A DNA stretch of 64,000 bases from Podarcis erhardii (taxonomy: Eukaryota). Location: NCBI GenBank assembly GCA_964252035.1, contig OZ176205.1. One strand, given 5' to 3'. Under the pieces are notes generated by a model. It searched no databases, was not told where the DNA came from, and saw nothing but the letters and a program-made list of their open reading frames with translations. Position 1 is the stretch's first letter. Each line of letters opens with the position of its first letter. The position numbers and the translations under genes are program-made. Below are positions 42,489 through 56,100 of the stretch, piece after piece.

Positions 42489-42769
42489 AAAACTGAGTGC
42501 CAATTGCACATTAATAAAAAATAGATCTGAACAACCTGACAGTGACATAAATTTGTTGTACTGAAGCACCACAGGACTTGGCCTGTGAGGCAGTTGAAAG
42601 ACGTTTCTTTCTTTTGCCCCACAGGTCCTGTGTGCTTTCATTCTGTGTTTTCTGTGTAGATTCAGCTTTCTTCAGGGCTGTAGAAGACTATTTTTGCTTT
42701 GCAGCCTAAGAGTGCTGTGTAAGGGTTTTTCTTCTCATATGAACTGACCCAGACCCTGCAATCATCATC

Positions 42770-43097
42770 TGAGGCCCTTCTTCATGTGCTTCCTGCATGA
42801 GAGATCTGAAGGGTGGCAACGCGAGAATGGGTGTTTTCTGTGGTGGCTCCCTGCTTGTGGAATGCTCTTCCTAGGGAGGCTCACCTGGAGCCTTCATTAC
42901 ATACGGTATCTTTAGGTGCTAGGCTAAAACATTCCTCTTCTCACAGGCTAATTAAACAGTCTATGGCTTTTTAAATGGGGGGGGTATTGTTTATGGTTTT
43001 TTTTTTATGTTTTTCACTGTTGTGCGTTTTTGTGCTTTTATATTGTAAGCCCCCTGTGATTGTCAAATGAAGGGCAGTATGGAAATTTAATAAATAA
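42770..43097 (+). mobile_element. L2-clade LINE/SINE 3' fragment
   Basis: TTCTGTGGTGGCTCCCTGCTTGTGGAATGCTCTTCC...TTGTAAGCCCC...GAAGGGCAGTATGGAAATTTAATAAATAAA. Confidence 0.6.
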
Positions 43098-45242
43098 ACA
43101 CAGTAATTACCATTAATTACCATCTCTAACCACTGATTTAGTAGGGTAGCTAGGCAGGAATGAGCCAGCGCCTTTAAACTCGGGCCTAGACAAACTGGAA
43201 GTAGACTATCACTAATAGCTATTATCTTATATCTTCTTATAGCTATTGCTGCATGCCACAGGAACACATGCACCACCCACAAAGGCCTTCCCTGGCGCCC
43301 TTCCTTTGTTTCCTCCTCCCACTGTGATGCTTGAAGAATTGTAGCCAATAGAAGTGTGTGTGCTTGGTTGTGGCATATGCATGGTGCCCATGAGAGGTTC
43401 TCCTGTTTGTAAATGTGTCAGTGGGCTGCATTTTATTTGTCCCTAAATGGCCTTTTTCCTGCCCCCTGAAATATACACAGAAATGGCTGTCAGGAAAGGA
43501 ATAGGCTGTACACTGTTCATAATTAATGCACTGCCTGGGTATTTGTACTCAGGAATGTATAGCCAAAAACGAGAAGTTAAAGAGAAAATTAACCTAGATA
43601 GAGATGGTGCCAAAGAAGAGATAAGATAAACTCAGAAAGAGATGAGGGAAGAAGTTCAGGAAGACTGCAGATGGTGGTAATTATGAGTCCCTTAATGAGG
43701 AGCTCAAGACTAAGCCATAGGCTGCTACTTGTAAATTCTATCAGGTTCTTGCAACATGCAGAATTAATGGCTATAACATAGGGGGAGAACATGACAAGGA
43801 GCATCTGCTATGTCAAGAAATGTTTGAACAAGAAGAAAAAGCAAAATCTTGTGGCAGTATCTCATAGAAGTTCCAAAAGCGAAAGTAGGAGTGCAATAGG
43901 CTTGAACAAGAAGCTTCTCCTCCCTGGGAAAAGTCGTGATATCATGCTGAGAAGCATCTTGCAGGGGGAAAGAAGAGGCAGGTAGTGGGAGCAGGGCGTT
44001 TAACGCTCAGACACAAAGTCTGGATCCATACAAACTGCTGAGTGAACTATATTTTTAATTCCCAGACCACAGTTGTTTTAAATGGGCTAGTCGATATGCA
44101 CGCCTGTTGAGAAGGGAAGGGTTGGAGCTAGCAAGATTAAGAGTTCTCTTCCACTGATCTCCATTACTCCAATCCAGCATTCTTTCCCCTGGGAGTAACC
44201 ACTGAATTTTGAACGGAAGTTGCATATTGGTATATTCAAGCATATGCCTGCCCCCCAGTGCTTTGGTTGCTCCCATAGACAATTTCTCTCTGCAAAGAAA
44301 TGGCAAGATACAAAGCAATTGTGGGGACACCTAATAAGGCCATCAAGTCTGATGGACTTTTGTGAAGAGGGTGCCCCTTACTGAGTCTACAATGCTGGCT
44401 GTGTGTGTGCAAGCTCTGGTCTCGGTTTGTTTTTCTTTATTCTGCTTGTTGCTCTGCTTGCGGAATCTGCTCAGCTGTGGTCCCTGTGGCTGCTGACAAG
44501 ACAACCTCCTAGCCCGCCCGCCCACCCCCCTTTGGCTGGGCTGCACCATGCCGGCTTCCTGAACACACTGGAAAAATAAACACTGCCAGGCAGCTGCAGT
44601 ACAGCCATTGCTGAGATGGGGTTGGAGGCTCAAGAAATTGATCGTGCCAGGGAGGGCAGTACAGGGCTGGGGGGTGTTGTTCCTGGGCCAGACTCCTTTC
44701 CATACTTCTGAACTTACAGTGTCTTACTTCCAGCATAATAAGAGTTGAAAGCAGACACAGGTTGTGTCTAATTACATAGTCCCTCTCTGCACTTTCCAGG
44801 GAAGCAAAGATAATGTTTATCCCACTGGACAATTGCTTCCCACTTCATACCCCTGTTTTCTGCTGGTTTGTGGAAACCTGTGCATATTTATAACATTAAT
44901 TGAAGTTTATAAAGAATGGAAACTAAGTTGTCACCCCCAACCATGTTAAATAACCAAGTTAAAAAACCCAGCTCTTACATCAGAATCGTCTCCCTCTTCT
45001 GCAGAGATTTCACGCTTTTACAGGTTGTTACTGACAACCTAGTATAAGAGTCCTTTATATTACACACTATCTTTGGCCATGTCAACTTCATCTGTTGGGG
45101 GTCTCCTGCTGCCTTTGGCAGGCTGGTTGCAGAAGCTGATTTTCACAAATTGTAGTTGATTACATTTTCTGCATCTGTAAATTGCACAAAAAATTACACT
45201 AAGTAGAACTGTACATTTGCTTTTAAGAGATCTCTCTTTAGC

Positions 45243-45248
45243 TTTATT
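45243..45248 (-). terminator. Candidate distal PTCH2 polyadenylation signal
   Basis: AATAAA on the minus strand at the end of a long AU-rich, repeat-poor stretch downstream of the PTCH2 stop; unconfirmed. Confidence 0.3.
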
Positions 45249-48200
45249 CTGTCTTCTCAGTAATATTCCCGCCTCATAAATTCAGATTGAAAGTAATTTA
45301 GTACCACCTGTGAAAATGTCCAGAGACAACACTCAAGTCAAGGCGCACAGATCTTTTCTTCCTTTTTAAAAAATGAAGCACAGTATTTGCTGAAGACTGA
45401 AAAAGTAAACTTTGGATGGTTCCCTCTAGCTCCTGCACCAGCACTTTCTGTGCCCTATCAGGCCTTGAAAATACATTTTAAATTGTGTGAACAGGTTAAT
45501 CAGAATAAAATATGCAAATTATATTAAAATGTTTCCTTCAACTAATTAATCCAAAGTTTGCACTTTCTTGGGGCAGGATTTGATCTTTCTGGGAGCAGAA
45601 GAACATCCAGCTATACATGCATCATCATATATATTAATTATATATAATGTGCATCCTTACTCATGCACACACAAACTCCTGTTGTTCATCAACACACACT
45701 TCTCTAAGATGGAAGTCTAGAGCAAAACAAGACACAATGTCAGAAATCTGTGATGGGATTGCATCCGCATTAAGTTTTACCAAATAACAGCCAAAAGGGA
45801 GATACAGACCGGGACAGTGGTGCTGAGGAGAAAGGTGTTTAACCCTTTCCCCCAGCTCCATTTCCCAGCTTAAAGCTTCCTCCCCCAGCTGTTATTTGTC
45901 CTGTTAAGAGAAACCTATGTGTACAGCCTGCATCAATCTAGTAGGTACACTCTTGACTACAAACACAGAGACTCCAAAGCAGGGACCAAAGAACTGCACA
46001 CAGGCACCATCAGAAGATAGGTTTATATATAATATATATTTACTTTTAAAAATAAAAACTTCCATTGCAAGGCTAGAGGTCTGTACAAACTACAAAAATA
46101 AATCTTTTTTCTTTTCATATAAATAATTTATATGGCATGACAACATTTCAGGTTAAAAGGTCTCCAGCACACCTGCTACATACTCACATGCACACGCGCA
46201 CACAGATACACACATGCACACATAATGTGTCCCCCTTTCCACCGTTTCCGTGCTTTGCTGGTCACAGACTTGTTGGCGGGGGGGGGCGCGGGGGGGAGGA
46301 GAAACACAATTTCTATTGTGAGTTAGCTAGAAGCACTTAGCAGATTTTTAAGCAGTGGGTGGGTGGAAAGGAGAGCGGGAGAAGTGGGGCATACATGTCA
46401 AATGTTGCTAGGTTCTACCTTTGACAGTGTTTTCTGGTCTAAATAGTTTCGTGGTGAGAAAACAGGACAAATCTAAATGGTCAGAGGAATCTCTGCCACA
46501 TGGCAAGTTTCTGTGTGCAGGAATTCTCTCCAGATCCTAGAAGCAGTTCTTAGTTTTAAATCAACTGAATTAATCCATTTTAATAGAAGGCCCAATCCTA
46601 TTGAAGCTGCCAAGGGGGTTCACACAACCAAAATGTGAAAATCTCAGCAGAAACTCCCTTGGCAGCATGAAGTGAATAGGCAATCCGGCATATTTTGGGG
46701 GATATAATTACAGCAGTTATTGGGCGAAAGGGAGGGGGAATATAAAGTGCCTGCGGTAGAGAAGGAAGAATGTCACTGAGGAAGTGGATTCAAAGGTGAA
46801 TCAGCCCTGCTCTCTCACACAAGTAAGCTATGGTGCGTCAGTCTCTGTGCCCAAAAACTACACACAATTTTATGCCCAAGTGGGTCAGAATTTCACACAA
46901 AGCCCCCAAGGGACAACTCCATGTTGGCAAAGAACAGCTAGAAGGCATCTGCACTTCTTAATTTATCTCATTCTAAAGACAAAGTTGTAAAGTGTTATTC
47001 CACTACAAATGTCAGTGCCACCGAGAAACTGGCAAACTACTTGTGTATATAATTGCAGTGCAGAAAGATGTTGAGCAACTTCTGCAGTTGGAGGGGTCTC
47101 TTCCTGAAGCCCCAAATCTCCAAACCTGCAATCGGGAGTACCTAAAGTTATTTCACTGTCTTAGGTGAAAAATACATTTGGTCCCAAACCTTGCATCTTG
47201 TGTGTGTGCTGAAAACTGTGGCACATCCATCAGGTTCCAAAATCACTCAAGAATCCTAACAAACAGAATTTTTCCCCCCAGCTGCCATCTTTTTCCTTTA
47301 GAGTAGGTCAGTAAGAAAGAAATAAAATAACTTTTTTTTTTTTTTAAAAAAAGCATTGTGTTTCAGGATTTAGGTTGTGAGCTGTTGTTTTGTGATTGAT
47401 GCACAGGGCAGAGCTGGCCAGAAAACAGCACTCTGAATTTTGTGCAAAATTCTGATTTGTGTCCTGAACCAGAATGGAAAAACTGAAACATTTTATAAAG
47501 CAATTTTGACTTAGCTATGTGGAAACCAAGCATGTCAGATGGAAATGGAACTGGTCCTTGAGAACCAATCCTGCTGCCAAGCGACAGTTCATTTCTTGTT
47601 TTTCAGCCAAAGAAGCTGAACCGGAAAGAGATCATTCAGAAACAGAAAAAGCAACCACAGCACTCATACTTTTGGGCAGGAAATGGAATGTTTTGCCCAA
47701 CTCGTCTCTCCCGTTGAACATTTTCTGCTCTGATTACTACATAGGGATGTTTTTAGGTGGGAGAGAATCAAAGGATAATTTTACACATGATTTTTTTTCC
47801 TACACAGAAATATTTGTGAAGAGATGGGGGAAAGTTCTGTACACCATCAGTTGTGAAGGTGCAGCATGAATGTTTGTGCTGAAAGTATGCAGGTCAGGAA
47901 GCTAATAATCTCAGTATAGGAAAAACATGTGTTGAAAAACTCAAAACGGTACATTGTCCTTAACAAGGGCAATGAATGGCTGAATTTACCAGAAGGTCGC
48001 CCAGCTTTCTTATTAAAGTAAGCTTAAATTTCCATTTGAAACACTTCCTTCGTAAACCAACATAGTACACATACATTTTTGTACTCAGGCAGCAGTCTCA
48101 GACTACAAACTCACTTGTGAGAAGTACCTCTTAAAAGATGGAAGCAGAAAAAACATAAACCCATATAAACTGCTCTTCCAGAAAGCCCTGCTCTGATCTC

Positions 48201-49400
48201 CATCTGTGTGGGGTAAATGTCCTGCAGGGCCCAAAAACCTGCCCTGAATGATTCTCATCTTCTGTTAGTCACAAATTATTCCTCAATGATATTCTTGGGA
48301 AATGATGAAGCCTTAAAATGTAAATTCTAAAAGGAAGTACTTATGGGACACTTGTGTGATGGGCTACCTCGGACTGATAAAGAGGCATGCAAGCAAAAAG
48401 AATAGGGCAGAAAGGTTTTTGTAGTGTGGGATAGGACAGGGAGGAATTTAACAGGATTTGGAACAGCCAGATGGCGAATGCTGGCATAGGCAGACATGCT
48501 GGTGGAAGCAGGAGCAGAGTGCAGCCCATCCCACACAGCTTGCATAGAAGGCACTAAGACACATTGTGCCCCTCCATTGCATACTCCCTCCACTCCACAC
48601 GCCCAGGGGGTCCTCTCTCCATTACCACCTCACCCTGGTGTTTCCCCTTAAAGGGATACGCCACTTTTTTTTTTTAATGAGGGAGCTGTAAAAATAATAA
48701 AAAATAATTATTATAATTATAAGGGGGAGGGTTCGTGACTCTTTTTTATACAGCTTAAAATAATAATATTAATATTAATAAAAATAAAAGAATAGCAGCA
48801 CAATGCGGGAGGAGTTTCCCCACGCACAAGTTGAGTCCTGTTCTCTCCATGGGAGGGTCAGTGTTTGGGCAATTCTCTCGCCCTGCCCCGATGACAGCCA
48901 TGAGATGGTTCACACAGCATATGGGGAATTGTCACTTTCATTTTCCAGGTTCGATGGGATGGGAACTTTCCCTGTCTGCAGGTGAGTGGGCACAATGTTA
49001 TCTGGGCTATCACAGTCCAATGTAAGGATGCAAACTAGGGATGTTTTGAAGCCAGAAGTCCTGGTAACCAAGAAACCCAGCATGTTTTTGGTGGCAGATA
49101 ACACCTAGAGAAACAAGGCATGGGAAAGTGGAGTACCAGGTGCTGAGAGATTCTCCCATCAACCTTTTCACGGCAGTAGCTCATCTGGCCTTCTTGCTCC
49201 AGTTCCCAAAGGCACTGTCTATGTCTACAGTTGTTTAAACACAGTGCAAGAGCTTCCAGGTATCCATCCTGCTTCACAGTCTGCGGTGTGTGTATGTGTG
49301 AACAATCTGGGCCCCTGACCCCACCAGGGATACTGTGCACATCCCATCCCTGAGGCAGGAGTTCTAGACCCAAGGTCTTGGGCCTGGCAAAAGTGAAATG

Positions 49401-52400
49401 CTAGTGCCTCTGGTCTAGGCTCTGCAGTTCCAAGCTGTTGGATGCGTCTTTACGAGGCTCCTCAGGTCCATCAGATTCAAAGCCCTCGTGTGTGTAGCCC
49501 CGGCATGAGCCAGGCAGGGGTGGGTGCAAGGCCAGCATCACTGAGGCAGTGGCTGTAACTGTGGTGAAGGCGCCACCGGATGCAGGAGGCGGCCCTTTGG
49601 TGCTGTGGGCAGTAGGGTCGGTCCGAGGGGGATTGGGGGCAGTCTGAGCCAACCGAGGCCTTTGTTTGTGGTTTGGCTGCTCTTGCTGCTGTGAAGCGTC
49701 TTTGACTTCTGTGACAGTGGGTGGCAAATGTCCTCCAGGGGTCACAGTTTGGGTCCAGTCTGGGCTGCACAATGACAGAGGCGATTCTAGGCTGGTCTTG
49801 TAGCTTTTCACCACCTGCCCAGGAAAGGAAAGGCTGATGTTAGTGTATTGGATATGGAAGGGAAGAAGGCAACAACACAAGTGCAGTTGGCATGGAGTCC
49901 TTGTGACAGCAACTTTCAAACCATAAAGCAGCAAATTCAGTAAGAAGAATCTGAAGCACAAAGAGAGTGAATTATGTTGCCCTAAGGTACTAAAGAGGAG
50001 ACTTCAACCACTGTGCATCTGTCACGGATGCTTTAGCTGGGATTCCTGCATTACAGGGGGTTGCACTATCTGTTTTAACTCCTGGGACCTGGGAATAGAA
50101 GCTAGACTCCTATTACCCCATTATACATTACTACAGCCACATTGCACCCCAGATATATGCTCCAAGGTGCTATGGTCTGTCTTTCCCAGAGATCCTAGGA
50201 ATTTTGTCTCACAGAGACATGCCCACCCCAGTTCAGTGCCTACTGACATACTAGCATAACAACAGAAGCAAACATTCCTGGTTCTCTTCTTGCCTTGCCT
50301 CCCAACTCATTTGGGGACACTATCTTTACACTCAAACTAGAATCCAGCTGCCTTTGAACACAGACCACTCTCTCCATCCAGAGAAACAAGAGTTCTGGCT
50401 TCCCTGGCTCTTGATGGGCACTTACAGTGATTTTGGGGAAGCTGGGGCTTTTGCTGGCCTTGACCAAGATATGTGATTGCGCTGGGGGGATGATGTAGGT
50501 GCTGCGGTCATCTTCACCCGTGTCTGATGCTCCTGTGCTCTCTGAATAGTACTCGGAGTCTGAGGAGTCACCAAAGGCTCCACCGTGCCGCTGTACGTAG
50601 AAGCTGTGGTGGCTGATGGGTGGGGGGACGGGGGACGGTGTCGGCAGGCGGCTACCGTTATCTGCTGGTGTGACCTATATGACAAAAAGCAGAATGCACA
50701 CTGAGAAAACAGGGTGTCAAATAAAGGGTCTTTGTGCATGATCCCTGAGAGGCACAGGCTTTCCATTCATTGTAGTGAATCCTGAAATCTATTGATAGCA
50801 GGTGAAAGCCGAGACCTACGTTCTATTACGACTTGTGTGACTGTTCAAGCACTTCACCTCAATCTGGCAGTGGGTTTTGACAGTGAGATATAGGACCCCT
50901 TCCGCTTTTCTCTATGGTTCTTCACTAGAGCAACCTGATAAGAAACAGAACGTTTTCTTACCTCTGCAGGTGGTCCAATGATAGACAGCAGGACAGGCAG
51001 CAGCACCAAGCCATTGAGCAGTCCCAGAATGGTCAGGATGGTGAGCACAGCAAAGAAATACCTTTGGGGGGGGAGGTAAAGGTGGTCAGTAATGGTCAGA
51101 TTTGTCATTTGCGCAAATCATCTGCGTACAATAGAACTTTAGGATGAAAATCAGTTACTGCTCTGTATATTTTTGTCCTAATTCCAGGAAGCTGAGATGC
51201 ACCATAGTTCTGTGGCCTTTGTGAAGAGGGAACGTTATTTATTTACCCAGGTGGCAGCAGGTGGCAGTAAAGCATCTCAGCCTCTTATCAGGGCAGCCAA
51301 GTACAGAGTTAGTTCACCAGCACACATTCATTTACATTCTCTTGCACACTCATTACTGTTACACCCATGGACTGACAAGTGCTATCCCTCAGTCTCAGCT
51401 CAAGGTTGCTCCCTATAGAAGATAAGAGTGTCCCTTCTCTGAGCCAGCAGACTTGTAGAGTTCACAAGCCTTAGCTGCCGTAAGGGAAAGTGCCAGAGAA
51501 GGCATAAATGTATTGTAGAATGTCTTCCTCTCAACCTGTTGTAAGTTGTGGTCTTGAACAGGGAGATTTCTCCAACTTTGGCAGAATGTACCAGTGCCCC
51601 TCCAGGGCTGCCTTGAACCCTATTAGATTCTGCCTTTATATCCATTCTTGATCAGTGAGACCTTCAGACCTATTGCCCAATGTGGTGTTACCCAAATTCC
51701 CAACAGATGTCAAGAAAGACAATTTCCCATTCTCTAGCCACTCCTTTTACTGATACCTCTCTGGAAATGGCCCCCAGCACATTGGTCCAGAGCACCACCA
51801 GAATAAGTATACAAGGGGAGAAGATAGACACATGACAATCACCTCAGAATGAAATCGAACTCTGAACCAGCTAGCATAAGGACGCCAAGCAACGTGGAGA
51901 CAGCACCATCCATCACAGGGGCAAACATGTGCTCTAGGGCCACAGTAGTGCGCAGGTTCCGGTTGCCAATGGCCGTGAGAAAGCCCTGAGAAAAGACGAA
52001 CAGTCAGAATGCGACTCAAGAGAGTGACTTGTCCAAGCAGACCCTCATAAAGGGGCCAATCACCACACTGCATCTTGGGAGGCCCTCCAGACTGGGAGAA
52101 AGAACAAGAAGCTAAGCCCAAATCTGTTCTTGTGCACTGAGTCAGCTGGTATTGCCAGAGCTGGAACAGGCTCATCTTGAAATGACAGCTTGGATTCTGC
52201 TTTTCATACCATACACAGCTATATCATTATATTCAGCACTAATTAAAAGAACCACCAACCCTTGGATGGTGCACCCACAATTATGGATTAAATTCTGCTC
52301 TGACCACCCAGACTGCATAAGGGTGATATTAAGGGGGTAATGAACCCACAATTTATTGATTCTCCCTTACAGACTCCACTACTGATCAGGTTTGATACAA

Positions 52401-53058
52401 CAGATAAAAACCTAATAATCTAAATGTTCTGGTTGGGTGCCACTAAAGCTATTTGAATGTATATGGTTGTAATATCACACACCAAGTTCTCTGGTGTGAA
52501 AAAGAGCTCTTGAAAACTCTGCAAGGGTGTTCAGGGAACCCTATTCCTTTCAGTATGGACCCACAGAGCTTCAAAAAGAGGAAGTCTCACTGAATCACAT
52601 GCTCTAGACATGGTAGCAGAACGGGCTGTGCTCACACAATTGCTTCTTACCAGAGCCACATGTACGGTGAATTCCACACCAATTCCCACAGAGGCGATGA
52701 GGATGACTACTGGGATGGCACTCAGCTTGATGCCCATCAGGCCCATGATCCCAAAGAGCTCGACTGTCATCATAGCTAGAACGAATACCTACATCAGAGA
52801 GAAGGGACAGCTCAGTATCTTACCTGCAAGCTATGGTTATGGACATGTCAATTACAGCAATGAACAAAGCCCAATGTAGTGGTTAACAGGTAGATTAAGA
52901 ATAGGTACCTACAAATCCATAAGCTCATATGTATGTAATTTCTGAATTCAGAACTAATTCAGAAAATGTATACATCTCATTGTGGCACATGAATACCGGG
53001 TTATTAGTTAACAGTAATCACCCAACCACTACTACCATGCCTGTTTGATACCTTGATT

Positions 53059-53113
<55 letters not shown>

Positions 53114-56100
53114 TGTTTGTTTGTTTGTTTGTTTGAGCGAGCTGCATTATACACTTTTGTATGGTAAACAGTAGGGGTATGGGGCTGTGCACACACTAGC
53201 CCTAAAGGTGGATAAGGATGCAAATATAGTAGAGCACCTGCATGTTAGTGTGCAGGCTTAACCCTTTCAGCACTGTGGAAAGAAGCTTGAGGAGAGAAAA
53301 AGATATTTACTTTTTGCTGCAAAGGTAAAGCTGTACTTTACACTCTATCTGGTAGCAGATGTGTGTTTACCATTGCATCTGCATACAGTGGGAATTGGTC
53401 TCATTCCCAGCTCCTTGGTGCGTACACCTGTACAATGCATACATGGTGTCTGTTGCATGCAAACCTTAATACATTTATGGAAAATATGCGCATGTTCATG
53501 TTTTTTTAAAAAAGAATATGAGAAGGTATGAAAACATTCCAGACTTGCAACAAAACACTCAGTTTCTGCAGTCAGAATAAATTCTACAAACTACTGCAGC
53601 AAGGTTTTTTTTTTAATGTATTACAGTACAGCTGCAAAATTTTGAGTTTGGGCAGAACCTGAATGGTTTAAAATGGTCTTTGGTATTGAAGGAAAACTTT
53701 TTAGGACACTATGTAAGGCAAGGGAGACGGAAAGGCAACTATGCAGAGATTACAGGAAGCATCTCACTAATTCTCCCCCACTCCTATTTCCAAATTTCCT
53801 GTCCTAAACACGAGAGCCAAAAAACTGATTTAACTAACAGTAACAGTGTTTGACAACCATTTCCCTTGTTGCACAATGCCATATTGCTACTACATATAAC
53901 GTTTGGAGCTAAAACATCTCCCTTACTGCTACACCCTGTTGCTCATGAAAAAGGATACTCACAATGATACTGGCGGTCCAAGGATTGAGGAGTAGCAGGG
54001 TGCACACTAGAAAAGTGCAGGCCAACACAATACTGATGGCCTGTAGAAGCCAGTGTCGAAGGCCAATGTACTGCTCCCAGAAGAGGAAAGGGTAGCCACT
54101 AGGGTAGCTGAGAACACCATGCGTCAGGGCCACCTCGTCACAGATAGCACGCACGCTCTCGATGGCTGCCACGAAGTCTGATGTCTGCCGCAGTCCATTG
54201 AGGTAGAAGGGGAACTGAGCAAACTCCAGAGGCTGTGCAGCAGGGACTGTCAGAAAGAGAGGCAGCCCATCAGATATAGTGGCCTTCTGCCCCCTACTCC
54301 CATCTCTAGGGCCAAAAATGAATTGCTTCCTTTCCTCATGTGCCAGGCATGGCTTGCAAAGGTGGGAAACATACATCATAAGGATTTACACTGTGGAATT
54401 GCCATAGAAGTGGGGATAGGACTGAGCTGAAACAGTAATGCATGCTGGAAAGTGGAACAAGAATGAGGCTGCTGCCTGAACTCACTTCGAAGGTTCTCGC
54501 CAGTGGCATCGTATTTGTCGTGGATCCATTCCGGGGGTGGTGGGTAAAAGTTGGCTTGAGATGCAGCAAAGCCAAGAGGGTCGTTGCTCACCCACACTGT
54601 CAAACAGATGTAGAAGATGTCAGGAGGAATGATCCCATTCTCATCCACCAGGCGGCGAGTTGTCAGCTGTAGGCAGATGGAAGGGATGCAGGGCGGTTAA
54701 GAAGTATAGCAACTAATAGTAAGTAGTAGCTACTAGACAGGTGCTATCATTTGGCAGGAAATAGGGCTGAGGCCCCTGCTTGGGCACCAGCTGGCTATTC
54801 CCAAAGCCATGTAGATCTCATGTGTTCCTCCATCTCCAAGGGACCCCAAATGCCTGTGGGAAAGCTTTCTCTTCTCTCTATTCTTTTGCAGTGGGGATCT
54901 ATCTCCTCCTTCCCTCCTGGTACACCAAGGACTCACCCTTAATTCTTATGGCACACTGGGTTCTCTTTGCCTGCCCACTCCCTACTTTTAGATTGCTCCC
55001 CCACTTACTTGATTGAGGTTTAAGGGTTCTTTCTTGTTGCCTGTCTGGATGAGGAGCTTGTAAGCCAGGGCACCATCTTCTGATCCATTGCGGTAATTCT
55101 CCTTGGTGATATGCCCAGCTTCCCAGTCCCGGTCAAAGGCTGCCTGTAGACCTGCAGAACAGGGGGGTATACAGTTAAGGGAGTGCCATCTGTGGAACCC
55201 AAGGCCCAGAAGCAAGAGCTCCTCTCACTAGCTATGCCAATCCCTTCCCTTCTTTCATTGCCTCCACCCCTTTCCTGTTTAACTCAGATCTCTCAGCCCC
55301 TGCAGCATGTTTCGGTCCCTACTTTAGAGGAACAAGAACAGAGCTGGTAATCCTAGAAGGCAGAAGGGCAGCTGTACAACTGTGCAGGTGAGCATCTCCA
55401 CAAACATTTATATTTATTTATTTATTGAAGTTATATAGAATTTATATACTGCCCCATAGCCACGGGTTCCAGGGTGGTTCACAGAATATAATCAGAATAT
55501 AAAAACTACAAAATACATAATCAAAATAAAAACAACAACTCTATAATCCCAACACATTTTTAAAGGGTAAAGGATATCAATCAAATCAATTAAAAGCCTG
55601 GTTAAAAAGCAACGTTTTTGCCTGTTGCCTAAAGGTGTCAGGTGAACTTCCCTGGGGAAAGCATTCCACAGATGGGGAGCCACTGCAGAGAAGGCTGTAA
55701 ACAGTGTTTGCCTAAATGGATGTGTGTATAAGACACAAAAACTGTGCGAGATGAAGAGCTTCTGGTTCCTTAGAAGCTAAAAATTATTTATAGCACTTAT
55801 CCTGAACATGGTTGTGAAACAGACATTGATGCTTTCCTTCCCTGGAAGCAGCTGGCCACTAACACCTCAACCAAACTCCCACGCATCTTCTAGCCTTCAA
55901 GCAGGTTTGTACTAAAAGCATCCTGCACAGAGAGCTGGAGGAGGGCATCCCACCCCACTTCTTGGGGCAGAGGCAGTGCAGGACAGGAGAGAGGGTTGGC
56001 AAAGTGTCCTTGACTCACCTCGCAGCCAGTCCTGGAGGTAGTGCAGCCACATCTTTGGCAACTGGCGGTTCTCATCACGCACAACATACTGGATGGTGGT

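Noticed and set aside
43488-44010. Purine-rich segment starting TGTCAG, a possible third LTR or decayed exon
   Set aside because: No matching TGACA end with a TSD, and all frames have frequent stops.
50590-50650. Apparent frameshift in the PTCH2 C-terminal exon at the G-runs
   Set aside because: Recounting shows a 249-nt exon with a continuous frame ([13 protein letters not shown]).
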